From a virus (lineage: Duplodnaviria; Caudoviricetes): a stretch of 47,669 nt of DNA. Shown here one piece after another: positions 1-8,494 of this stretch. The position numbers and the translations under genes are program-made. Location of the stretch: positions 1 to 47,669 of IMG/VR virus record IMGVR_UViG_3300011442_000014; one strand, given 5' to 3'. Every line of letters begins with the position of its first letter. The stretch's first letter is position 1. Under the pieces are notes generated by a model. The model worked only from the letters and a program-made list of their open reading frames with translations, had not been told where the DNA came from and did no database searches.

Positions 1-431
1 CGCTCATCAAGAAGTACAAGCACGAAGTTCGCATCGTCATCGGCAAGAAGATGTTCAACGGGAAGGCCCAGAATCCCGTGCTCCAGTATCTCCCGCTCGA
101 TGCCGACAAGGATGAAGATGATGACGACATCGAAGACGAGGATGATGATGACGAGGAGGATGAAGACTCCGACGACGAGGACTCCGATGACGAGGACTCG
201 GATGACGAGGACTCGGACGACGATGACGATGAAGACTCGGAGGATGACGATGATGATGACTCCGATGACAACGAAGACGAAGACGACGATGATGAGGATG
301 AAGATGAAGACGAGGATGAAGACGAGGAGGATGATGACGACGAGGACGAACGTCCCACACGCAAGGATAAGACTAAGAGCAAGAAGCGAAAGGCTCCTGT
401 CAAGTCCAAGAAGAAAAGCAAGAAGCGCTAG
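1..431 (+). CDS. 5'-truncated probable ssDNA-binding protein (DUF669-like) with a very long Asp/Glu tail and a Lys-rich end
   Basis: The frame is open from the window edge (LIKKYKHEVRIVIGKKMFNGKAQNPVLQYL), followed by about 80 D/E/S residues and RKDKTKSKKRKAPVKSKKKSKKR. It lies upstream of primase and polymerase. The SSB call is inference. Confidence 0.5.
   Translation, partial: LIKKYKHEVRIVIGKKMFNGKAQNPVLQYLPLDADKDEDDDDIEDEDDDDEEDEDSDDEDSDDEDSDDEDSDDDDDEDSEDDDDDDSDDNEDEDDDDEDEDEDEDEDEEDDDDEDERPTRKDKTKSKKRKAPVKSKKKSKKR
109..350 (+). repeat. Low-complexity GAY/GAR codon tract including tandem 15-nt units encoding DDEDS
   Basis: Directly visible: repeated gacgaggactc(c/g)ga(t/c) units and poly-D/E codons. 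Confidence 0.9.
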
Positions 432-457
432 ACTCGTCGCGTAGTTTCTTCTCACTG

Positions 458-492
458 ATGCTGGCCATTCTGTAGAGTCGAGTGGCCAGCAT
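458..492 (+). terminator. Intergenic stem-loop (terminator, attenuator or translational-control hairpin)
   Basis: atgctggccattc (458-470) pairs with gagtggccagcat (480-492) with one G-U pair and a 9-nt loop. The U tract after it is weak. Confidence 0.45.
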
Positions 493-505
493 TCTATCCC
501 TGACT

Positions 506-892
506 ATGAATAATCCACGAGCTGGAGTGTACGCCGTGTTTGGAACAGACAATCGCGTATACGTCGGTGAATCCAAAGATCTAGGGAAGCGATGTAAACT
601 CGCATTGCGCCTTGGATGGAAAGTGAGATTCTGGAAATACCCAGGACTGACGAAGAAAGAACTCTCATGGAAAGAACAGAAACATACCGCACAGATGAGA
701 GCGGCAGGTTTCATCGTGGTCAGCAATACGTATATCGAATGCGGTATGAGAGGAGGATCTAAGACAGCCGAAGGGAGACGGAAGCAAGGTCAAGCCGCAA
801 GAAAGAACTGGAAGGATCCAAGAATTCGTCGACGCATGGTCGCTGGCCTCGCCAAAGGACGGGAAACTCAACGGAGAGAGTGTGTCAAATAA
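506..892 (+). CDS. Free-standing GIY-YIG homing-endonuclease-like protein
   Basis: GVYAVF...VYVGES..L..R GIY-YIG signature and a basic NUMOD-like C-terminus (WKDPRIRRRM). ATG 506 is preferred over GTG 482. Confidence 0.75.
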   Translation: MNNPRAGVYAVFGTDNRVYVGESKDLGKRCKLALRLGWKVRFWKYPGLTKKELSWKEQKHTAQMRAAGFIVVSNTYIECGMRGGSKTAEGRRKQGQAARKNWKDPRIRRRMVAGLAKGRETQRRECVK

Positions 893-3011
893 GACGATGT
901 TACGCGCGGCTCTCCGATACGCGAACAGATACGGATGGAGAATTTTCCCACTCGACGGAAAAGAACCCCGCATCAAAGGCGGATTCCGTGGCGCGACAAC
1001 AGATGAGCGCACCATTCGCAAATGGTGGTCCAAGTGGCCTGACGCTAACATTGGGATTGCATGTGATAGCGAACATGGACCAGTCGTGATCGACCTCGAC
1101 GAGCCGAAAGACCATGAAGTCAATCCGTTCAAATTCTTGAAGACGCTCGAACTACCTCGTGAAGGCCTCGTCACTCGATCGGCTGTCAGTCGCAAGGGCC
1201 GGTTGCACTTGTACTTTTCTCCTATGCGTGACGGCACTCAGCTCAAGCGCATGATCCGTCCATTGTCCCAGAACGATCAAAAAGTCGCTATCGATATTCT
1301 TGGAGACGGTGGCTATGTGGTGGCTCCGCCGAGTATCCATCCAGATACAGGCAAACCATATCGATGGGAACAGAAGATCGATATGGCGCCATTTCCGAAA
1401 CGTCTATTCAGGTTCTTGAAGAAAGGAAGCATCAAAAAGATCGCGCCGCCATTGCCAACAATCATCCGCGAGGGCGAGCGAGATCAATTACTCACGTCGT
1501 TAGCAGGGAGTATGCGTCGGCGCGGAGCATCGGCAAAAGCTATCTTCGAAGCATTACGCATCGAGAATGCATCACGAGTCCGGCCGCCATTATCCGACGC
1601 ACAACTCGAGAAGATCTCAAATAGTATCGGTAACAAGGATCCAGCAATTGACGAAGAAAATCTTACGGACCTTGGCAATGTCCGGAGATTTGTTTTGCAG
1701 CATCATGAACGTCTGCGTAGTATTCTATCGAAGAAAAGCAATCCATGGTTTATCTGGCAAGGAACACATTGGGAGCCAGATCGAACCGGAGAGTCCATGC
1801 GTCTGGCAAAGCAAACAGTTCGCTCGATTCACCAAGAAGCTGAGCGTATTCCTGATGAAGAGAAACGCGGGACTGTTCAGCAGCATGCGTACAAATCGGA
1901 AGGCGCTGAACGCATCCGTGCGATTCTCGACTTGGCGAAGACAGAACCAGAGATCTCGATTCGTGAAGAACAATTGGATCGTGATCGTTGGCTGTTCAAT
2001 TGTCAGAACGGAACACTCGATCTCTCATCGGGTCGGTTGCTCAAACATAAGAAGACGGACTACATTACGAAACTATCTCCCGTCGAATTCGTGCGTCATG
2101 CAGATGCGCCGCGATGGCACGCATTCCTCGATGATATCTTCGCAGGCGACAAAGCACTGATCGGATTTATTCGTCGTGCCGTCGGCTACACGCTCACTGG
2201 CGACGTACGCGAGCATGCATTGTTCTTTTGTTATGGCCAAGGGCGCAATGGCAAGTCGACATTCTTAGAAGTCGTGCGAGAGTTAATGAATGACTATTCG
2301 ATTCAAGCAGACTTCTCCACGTTCCAATCCACACGGAACGACGGGCCACGACACGATCTCGCGCGCATGCGTGGGGCTCGGCTCGTCACAGCGATCGAAG
2401 CACGAGGAGATCGATCGTTCGATGAGACAGTTGTGAAACAAATGACCGGTGGAGATACAGTGACTGCACGTAATCTATACGAGTCATCGTTCGAGTTCCG
2501 ACCACAGTTCAAACTCTGGCTTGCGGCGAACCATCTGCCACTCGTGAGAGAACAGACCGAAGCATTCTGGTCTCGTATCTTGATGATCCCATTTACTGTC
2601 GTCATTCCTGCGCACAAGCGCAAGAAGAATCTCGGACGTCAACTTGTCAAAGAGTTGCCCGGCATTTTGAATTGGGCACTGGAAGGATGTGCAGAGTGGA
2701 AACGTAATGGATTGATGGCACCAGACACAGTGCGCAAGGCCATCGATGATTACAAGGAAGAGTATGACATTTTATCCGAGTACTTCAAGGAGCGGTGCAA
2801 GCTGAACGATAAAGAATGGACGACGCGATCAGCACTCTACCAATCGTTTGCGGATTGGTGGCAAGAAACTCGTGGTCGCAATCCTCTTTCTCATACAGCA
2901 TTTAATCGTATGCTGAGTGAGCGTACAGATATCCGCCCACGGAAACGCGAAGGTATTCGTGGATGGCGTGGCGTCGGCATCATTGATGTCCGTTCAGGAT
3001 TCCGACGATGA
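882..3011 (+). CDS. Bifunctional primase-polymerase / PriCT / D5-P4-type SF3 helicase
   Basis: Prim-Pol motifs (NIGIA, VIDLD, HLYF, GGYVVAPPSIHP), PriCT-like EGERDQLLTSLAGSMRR, D5_N LFNCQNGTLDL, Walker A GQGRNGKST and KQMTGGDTVTARNLY. Confidence 0.95.
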   Translation: MSNKTMLRAALRYANRYGWRIFPLDGKEPRIKGGFRGATTDERTIRKWWSKWPDANIGIACDSEHGPVVIDLDEPKDHEVNPFKFLKTLELPREGLVTRSAVSRKGRLHLYFSPMRDGTQLKRMIRPLSQNDQKVAIDILGDGGYVVAPPSIHPDTGKPYRWEQKIDMAPFPKRLFRFLKKGSIKKIAPPLPTIIREGERDQLLTSLAGSMRRRGASAKAIFEALRIENASRVRPPLSDAQLEKISNSIGNKDPAIDEENLTDLGNVRRFVLQHHERLRSILSKKSNPWFIWQGTHWEPDRTGESMRLAKQTVRSIHQEAERIPDEEKRGTVQQHAYKSEGAERIRAILDLAKTEPEISIREEQLDRDRWLFNCQNGTLDLSSGRLLKHKKTDYITKLSPVEFVRHADAPRWHAFLDDIFAGDKALIGFIRRAVGYTLTGDVREHALFFCYGQGRNGKSTFLEVVRELMNDYSIQADFSTFQSTRNDGPRHDLARMRGARLVTAIEARGDRSFDETVVKQMTGGDTVTARNLYESSFEFRPQFKLWLAANHLPLVREQTEAFWSRILMIPFTVVIPAHKRKKNLGRQLVKELPGILNWALEGCAEWKRNGLMAPDTVRKAIDDYKEEYDILSEYFKERCKLNDKEWTTRSALYQSFADWWQETRGRNPLSHTAFNRMLSERTDIRPRKREGIRGWRGVGIIDVRSGFRR

Positions 3012-4918
3012 GAACAGTCTATGCGTCAGAGTTGCCTCGTTATCAATACATTGTCAGAGGCACAGATGGAATTCAAGAAGTCTTCGATCGCCTCGAGCAT
3101 GGCGCGCTCGGTGTTGATACGGAAACGACTGGATTCGATTGGACTGTTGATCGAGTCGGTGCATTGTGTCTTGCAGCCGGAGATACGTCCGCATTCTTTG
3201 TAAAGAATGCACTCGGACGAGCAGCGAAGTGGTTGGCCAATCAAATCAAACAACGACGACGACTCGTGTTCCACAATGGTAAGTTTGACATGCACATGAT
3301 TCGCGAAACATTCGGTATCCACATCGCGTATCCGGTGCATGACACACTCGTCATGAGTCGCCTACTCGATAACCGGGGTGTCCCCAAAGAGAGATTTCCA
3401 TTCTGGTCGTTCAACCACGAACTCGACACACTGGCTAACTTCTATGTTCATATGGATGCTAGCGACGCGCACACCGAATTGATCGATGCAATTCGAGACG
3501 TGGTCGGGCGTCGAAAGAACCAACTCGCAGATTGGTTGGTCGCTCCAGTTCGCGTGCAAGGCAAGTACGGAGGGCGTGATCCGTGGTACACTTTGCGGCT
3601 CTACGACATGTTCATCTCGATGATCCAGCATTGGCCACAACCTGATGGCTATCCGAAGCTGATGGAACTGTACCACAATGAACGTTGGCTGATGTTGGCC
3701 TTGCGCGACATGGAAGAGCGCGGCGTGAAACTGGATCAAGAATTCTTACATCGGTGGCTGGCCAAAGCAAAGCGCCGCACGGACAAGTTAACTGACAAGA
3801 TGAATCGCCGTGCAGGATACGACCTGAACTGGAATTCCAATCCGCAGATCCGCGAGTTGTTTTGGGAAGAGTTAGAACTCGAACAAGTTGATGGCGAGAA
3901 GCTGAACAAGAAAGTGCTCTTACGTCTCGACCATCCACTCGCGACATTGCTCTTGCAGCGTCGCAAGCATTCGAAGATGGTCTCGTCTGGCCGAGCACTG
4001 CTGACTAATCTCGATTCGCGTGGCCATTTGCATTCGCACTATAATCAGAACGTTGATACTGGCCGCATGTCAGCAACGAAAGGCTTCCATCAATTCGCGC
4101 GTGACTCAGGTGTGCGCAAAGCGGTTGTACCAAGCAAGAAAGGCCTTGTCCTTCGCAGTGCCGACTACTCCCAAGTTGAGATGCGATTCGCTGCGCACTT
4201 CAGCTGCGAAGAAACACTCATCAACGGATTCAACAACGATCCAAAGTTCGATACACATGCAGCATTGGCCAAACGAATGTTTGGTCTGCGCCGCAAGCGA
4301 GAACCGTCGCATGGACAACGTGATCGCGGCAAGACAATGAACTTCGCCATGCTGTACGGAGCAGGCGAAGACGCGGTCACGTCACAGTTAATCGATAAAA
4401 TCAGTGCAGAGGAAGCACGACAGTCCTGCATCGAACTCGGTCATATTCCATCACGTAGTGAGTCGCCATTCCGGTCACTAGCAAAGTTGTTGCGCGACGC
4501 AGTTCGCAGTTCCTACCCTAGAATGTGGTCCTTCACGAAGGAAGAAGAGGAACTAACGAAAGTTTTCGGCTACGTAGTTGACGCATACGGGTATCATAGA
4601 TGGCTCGATGAGAACGAAGCCTACAAGGCCATGAACAGCAAGGTCCAAGGTTCTGCCGCGCACAAGGCCAAAGAAGGGATGGTCAATGTCTATCGTGAAT
4701 TACAGATGGGTACTGGACAGATCGCGATCATCATGCAGGTTCATGATGACATCGTGTATGAAGGTGATGGAGATCCAGAGATCGATCGTCGCGTCCTCGA
4801 ACTGTTAGAAGACCGCAAGAACTTCTCAGTGCCAATTACTGCAGATTTGAAAGGCAGCGACAAGAATTGGCAGCAGAAGGTGAGCATTAAACTTCCCAAG
4901 AAACGGAGACTCGCATGA
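3008..4918 (+). CDS. polA: Family A DNA polymerase with 3'-5' exonuclease domain
   Basis: Exo I DTETTG, Exo II HNGKFD, motif A ADYSQVEMR, motif B RDRGKTMNFAMLYG, motif C QVHDD. ATGA overlap with the primase gene. Confidence 0.95.
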   Translation: MRTVYASELPRYQYIVRGTDGIQEVFDRLEHGALGVDTETTGFDWTVDRVGALCLAAGDTSAFFVKNALGRAAKWLANQIKQRRRLVFHNGKFDMHMIRETFGIHIAYPVHDTLVMSRLLDNRGVPKERFPFWSFNHELDTLANFYVHMDASDAHTELIDAIRDVVGRRKNQLADWLVAPVRVQGKYGGRDPWYTLRLYDMFISMIQHWPQPDGYPKLMELYHNERWLMLALRDMEERGVKLDQEFLHRWLAKAKRRTDKLTDKMNRRAGYDLNWNSNPQIRELFWEELELEQVDGEKLNKKVLLRLDHPLATLLLQRRKHSKMVSSGRALLTNLDSRGHLHSHYNQNVDTGRMSATKGFHQFARDSGVRKAVVPSKKGLVLRSADYSQVEMRFAAHFSCEETLINGFNNDPKFDTHAALAKRMFGLRRKREPSHGQRDRGKTMNFAMLYGAGEDAVTSQLIDKISAEEARQSCIELGHIPSRSESPFRSLAKLLRDAVRSSYPRMWSFTKEEEELTKVFGYVVDAYGYHRWLDENEAYKAMNSKVQGSAAHKAKEGMVNVYRELQMGTGQIAIIMQVHDDIVYEGDGDPEIDRRVLELLEDRKNFSVPITADLKGSDKNWQQKVSIKLPKKRRLA

Positions 4919-5583
4919 CCGATGAGATTACGCTCGATAATCAATGGCGTGAAGTCGTGCGTCTTACCAATGATCTCTTGATCGAGCGGCATAGCGATCA
5001 AGAGATGCATAGTAAGTACATGATGTTACTCAACGATCTTCGCCACGACAAATGTATGGGCGATAAGATCGTTCTTGGCATGTATCGAGCGCCAGCATCA
5101 AAAGACCGTCATCACAATGTAGAAGGTGGTCTGACACTGCATCTCTTACAGATGTATAACGCATGGGAAATTTTGCGAGAAGGGATTGTGCGGCGTAAAG
5201 GAGAACTCCATCCATGTTTCACAGAGGCCAATGTCTGGCGCGCAATCCTGCATCACGATCTCAACAAGGTCTGGCGCTACGAATTCATTCAGCACAATCC
5301 GTGGAAGGTCGATTACTATGAACTCGATCGTCCGGCAGAATTACTCGGTGCGATGTCTAAGTCACAATGGATCATTCAGAGCTACGGCATCCGCCTGTCG
5401 TTGCCCCTGGCTAATGCGTTGATCTGTGCAGAAGGTGGCTACTCGCATACACGTCCACGAGCCGAAACAGTGTTTGCCAAGGTACTGTATCTATGTGACG
5501 AATTGAGTGCCAATGTTATCGATCGTTTAGATACCGATCGATTCTGGGATTCGAAAGATGGAGGCCTCAATGTCAGCGTTTAA
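4915..5583 (+). CDS. HD-domain phosphohydrolase (YhaM-like)
   Basis: APASKDRHHNVEGGLTLH ... ILHHDLNK ... CDELS pattern. Translationally coupled to the polymerase gene. Confidence 0.8.
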   Translation: MTDEITLDNQWREVVRLTNDLLIERHSDQEMHSKYMMLLNDLRHDKCMGDKIVLGMYRAPASKDRHHNVEGGLTLHLLQMYNAWEILREGIVRRKGELHPCFTEANVWRAILHHDLNKVWRYEFIQHNPWKVDYYELDRPAELLGAMSKSQWIIQSYGIRLSLPLANALICAEGGYSHTRPRAETVFAKVLYLCDELSANVIDRLDTDRFWDSKDGGLNVSV

Positions 5584-6388
5584 GACACCGATGAGCGCAT
5601 CGAGTTATGAGGCGAATATGAAACGGATTCAACTTCCATGTTTCATACAGCCCAAACTTGATGGTGTGCGTTGCTTGACTGATGGTAGGACATTCTGGTC
5701 ACGCAATGGCAAACCATTCTGGTCATTCAACACGTTTCATCTGCAGAAGAAATCTCTTTCGTTTCTTGTCGACGGCGAGATCATGCTTGAAGATCGAGAC
5801 GCAGACTTCGAGCAGATCATTTCTGTACTGAAACGTAATCGTCATCCGCAGAGTGAAGAACTACGATTCCACGTGTTTGATGTCGTGACACGGAGTCCAT
5901 TCTTCCAACGAGAACATGCTGTCCGTGAACTCTTTCGTACATTTTCATTCAAAGAAAATTCAGGTTGGCGTCGTGTTCCGACACTCGTTGCACTAGATGC
6001 TGCACAACTTCAGCGTATTCATAAAAAACATCTCGGATTAGGCCATGAGGGTTCGATGGTCCGTACACATGGCGGACTCTATGTGCACGGTAAGTCTCGT
6101 GACCTGCTGAAGTATAAACCAATGAAAGATGCAGAGTTCGAGATTATCGACGTGCGCGAAGCGAAAGGTAAGGACACAGGAACACCGATCTTCATCTGCG
6201 CATGCGAGGGAGAAGACGGCGACAACACATTTCGTGTGCGGCCGATGGGGACGTATAGACAACGCCATTTGATGTGGCGTCGGCGTGCGAGGCTGATCGG
6301 ACAGAACTTGACCGTCGAGTTCCAGAACCTAACGAAGTATGGCAAGCCGCGATTCCCGCGCGCGAAGATACTTCGGGACTACGAGTGA
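5570..6388 (+). CDS. lig: Minimal ATP-dependent DNA ligase
   Basis: Motif I QPKLDGVR, VDGEI, FHVFD, EGSMVR, LLKYK and OB-fold end KPRFP. GGAGG SD before ATG 5570. Confidence 0.93.
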   Translation: MSAFKTPMSASSYEANMKRIQLPCFIQPKLDGVRCLTDGRTFWSRNGKPFWSFNTFHLQKKSLSFLVDGEIMLEDRDADFEQIISVLKRNRHPQSEELRFHVFDVVTRSPFFQREHAVRELFRTFSFKENSGWRRVPTLVALDAAQLQRIHKKHLGLGHEGSMVRTHGGLYVHGKSRDLLKYKPMKDAEFEIIDVREAKGKDTGTPIFICACEGEDGDNTFRVRPMGTYRQRHLMWRRRARLIGQNLTVEFQNLTKYGKPRFPRAKILRDYE

Positions 6389-6394
6389 GGGCGC

Positions 6395-6982
6395 ATGTTG
6401 TACATCGGGATTGACCCGGGAGATGCCTGGTGCGGATTCGCTGCACTAGAAACAACGCCCGAAGGAATTATCCGCGTCGAAGCACGAACATACGATGTCG
6501 CAAACCATCATGGTTACATTGGGATGGCCACTGACATCATCGATCTCCTGCCGCATGCCAAGCGAACACACATCGTCTGTGAAGACTTCCGCATTCGTCG
6601 TGTCGGTCATCAGGCATTCAACGCAGGAAACACGCTTCGTTTTCTCGGAGCATTGGAATTCGGCGCGAGCAGTGTGAAAGCATTTAGCTTCTCGACCGTG
6701 TCGCCGACAGACAAGGTGGAAGAAATCACACGTCAACTGTTCGGTCACGTGCTCTTCAACTATCGAAAGCATTGGCCGAAGCCGCGTCACTCATCGTGGC
6801 GTCATTGTCTGTCAGCATGGCGAGTGCTTGGCCAATATTTGATGGCGCAAGATCGCGCTGTGCTTGAGCTCCTACACAAAAAGAAGAGGAGCCATCCATG
6901 CGCGAAATGGCTCCCTGCCAATCAACGAGTCGGTCGTGATTGCGTTGCTGAAGCTGCATGGTGGACTAAATCAAAAGCCTGA
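6395..6982 (+). CDS. RuvC-like Holliday junction resolvase
   Basis: N-terminal YIGIDPG and IVCEDF RNase H-fold motifs. Last gene of the replication operon. Confidence 0.7.
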   Translation: MLYIGIDPGDAWCGFAALETTPEGIIRVEARTYDVANHHGYIGMATDIIDLLPHAKRTHIVCEDFRIRRVGHQAFNAGNTLRFLGALEFGASSVKAFSFSTVSPTDKVEEITRQLFGHVLFNYRKHWPKPRHSSWRHCLSAWRVLGQYLMAQDRAVLELLHKKKRSHPCAKWLPANQRVGRDCVAEAAWWTKSKA

Positions 6983-6988
6983 GCTCAA

Positions 6989-7561
6989 TCAGTTTCCTTT
7001 TCTATCCATATCTCCGATATCATTAACGTTGAGTTTCCTGCGCACTGCCGTTGGACCAATATCATCTGCTCTCCGATGTGGAAGTTCGACTCCTGCAGTG
7101 ATCGGTATTTCAGTTTCACTCGTCGCAGGGATGAGAGGGACTCCGATCGACGCAGTGTTACCGAGTGCATCTTCAACGACGGCCGTGACTGGGTCTGACT
7201 TACGACGACCACTGCGAATAACTTGAATCACACGGATCGTATTGTTGACCAGAAATTGTCCTCCGTCTTTCGCTCCTTTCGGACTCAGCACATACATCCC
7301 TACAAATCCAATGACTAAGGCCACGAACATATCGATATGGCCAATGTCATAATGATGCCCGGTCAGCTTTCCGTAGAGATGAATCGCGATCTCCGCAAGC
7401 GCGATTAGTAATGCGATACTGACCAGGAATAATCCGCCCCAAAATCGTGCGCGTAACATATTCATGTCCCGTCTCCTTCTCTTGGACGGAAGCGTTGTAG
7501 TAGTCGTCGTTACGGCATTACGTCGCTTCCTCTTTTTCTTTCGTTCATTGGGATATGACAT
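6989..7561 (-). CDS. Two-TM membrane protein, holin candidate
   Basis: Two hydrophobic segments (FWGGLFLVSIALLIALAEIAI; MFVALVIGFVGMYVL). Last gene of the late operon. The start may be internal (MNMLRAR). Confidence 0.45.
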   Translation of the reverse strand: MSYPNERKKKRKRRNAVTTTTTTLPSKRRRRDMNMLRARFWGGLFLVSIALLIALAEIAIHLYGKLTGHHYDIGHIDMFVALVIGFVGMYVLSPKGAKDGGQFLVNNTIRVIQVIRSGRRKSDPVTAVVEDALGNTASIGVPLIPATSETEIPITAGVELPHRRADDIGPTAVRRKLNVNDIGDMDRKGN

Positions 7562-7564
7562 CCG

Positions 7565-8491
7565 CTACGGACACGTATTGAAGCCCGTGTCGTCATCTGG
7601 ATCGTCGATTTCCATAGTGATAGTGATCGTAGTCCAATCAGATACGTCAGTCACTGTGAATGCAGTGACTTCCGCACGCATGCGACAATGAAAGAAGATG
7701 GACTGAGTCCCTCCAACAGGAAGGGCGGTCGGCTCCTTCGTTTCTGTGTGTGGGCCAGTAACGAGTGCGGCGCCTCCAGTGAGGAGAGAGTACGTTGTAC
7801 CGACACAAAGATAATCATCCTCTGCACGATAGGTCCGTGCGTCACTCGTCCAATCAATTTCGTATTCGCCATAGTCGGTTGGTCCACTCGACATGACGAA
7901 TCCTGCGATGGGGAGCGGTCCAGAGAACACGTCGACTTCGTTACTACTTGGTCCGGTCAATCCACTCAGTACGACAATATGTTTCACGATGTATGCATAC
8001 TCCGCACCGAGTGTCGGATCGATATCTTCAAAGCTGAACGCACCGAAGAATGGTGCAGACGCGACACCAATCTGCACATCATCTCGGTAGACTGCAATGT
8101 CCACCGCATTGTCATCAGGTGTGATGTTAAGTTCAATCTTTTGGCTGATCGAAGATGTTCGACTCCACGTTCCTGAATTGATCGTTGGTGCACCGACACC
8201 TTCCAATGCTCCAGTTACAAACTCACAGCGTGATGCAGACGGCCATGAATCTGGATCACCAGACAAATATCCTGTCCGGTATCTCCCTGATCGTTTCAAT
8301 CGAATCTGTGCCGTATATGTGTCTCCGCTGACAAGCGAGAACAACGAGAAGTCTTGATGTCCACTGGCCACAACGACTTCGCCAACGATTGATAAGACCC
8401 ATCCGTCGCTCTCATGCTGCACCCAGAGTTCGAATGTCTCGTCTCCAACAAGATCTTGGTAGAACGCGCGGAGTACAATGTCGCGTGGCAT
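7565..8491 (-). CDS. Minor tail protein with FN3/Ig-like beta domains
   Basis: FN3-like patterns (LVSGDTYTAQIR, VYRDDVQIG, YAYIVK...GPSSNEV) and position in the tail region. Confidence 0.6.
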   Translation of the reverse strand: MPRDIVLRAFYQDLVGDETFELWVQHESDGWVLSIVGEVVVASGHQDFSLFSLVSGDTYTAQIRLKRSGRYRTGYLSGDPDSWPSASRCEFVTGALEGVGAPTINSGTWSRTSSISQKIELNITPDDNAVDIAVYRDDVQIGVASAPFFGAFSFEDIDPTLGAEYAYIVKHIVVLSGLTGPSSNEVDVFSGPLPIAGFVMSSGPTDYGEYEIDWTSDARTYRAEDDYLCVGTTYSLLTGGAALVTGPHTETKEPTALPVGGTQSIFFHCRMRAEVTAFTVTDVSDWTTITITMEIDDPDDDTGFNTCP

Positions 8492-8494
8492 TCG

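Noticed and set aside
109-350. Possible CRISPR or satellite array
   Set aside because: No constant repeat with unique spacers. It is an in-frame acidic coding tract.
55-444. Alternative-frame ORFs (His/Arg-rich minus strand, Met/Thr-rich plus strand)
   Set aside because: They are shadows of the low-complexity Asp/Glu codon tract.
482-892. Group I intron or intein around the endonuclease genes (also 40244-40648)
   Set aside because: The flanking genes appear complete and unsplit, and no intein motifs were seen in polymerase, helicase or terminase.
4915-5583. Z-genome (DatZ/PurZ) or 7-deazaguanine system
   Set aside because: No PurZ, DpdA, FolE, QueC, QueD or QueE-like genes were recognised. 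The modification genes point to hmU.
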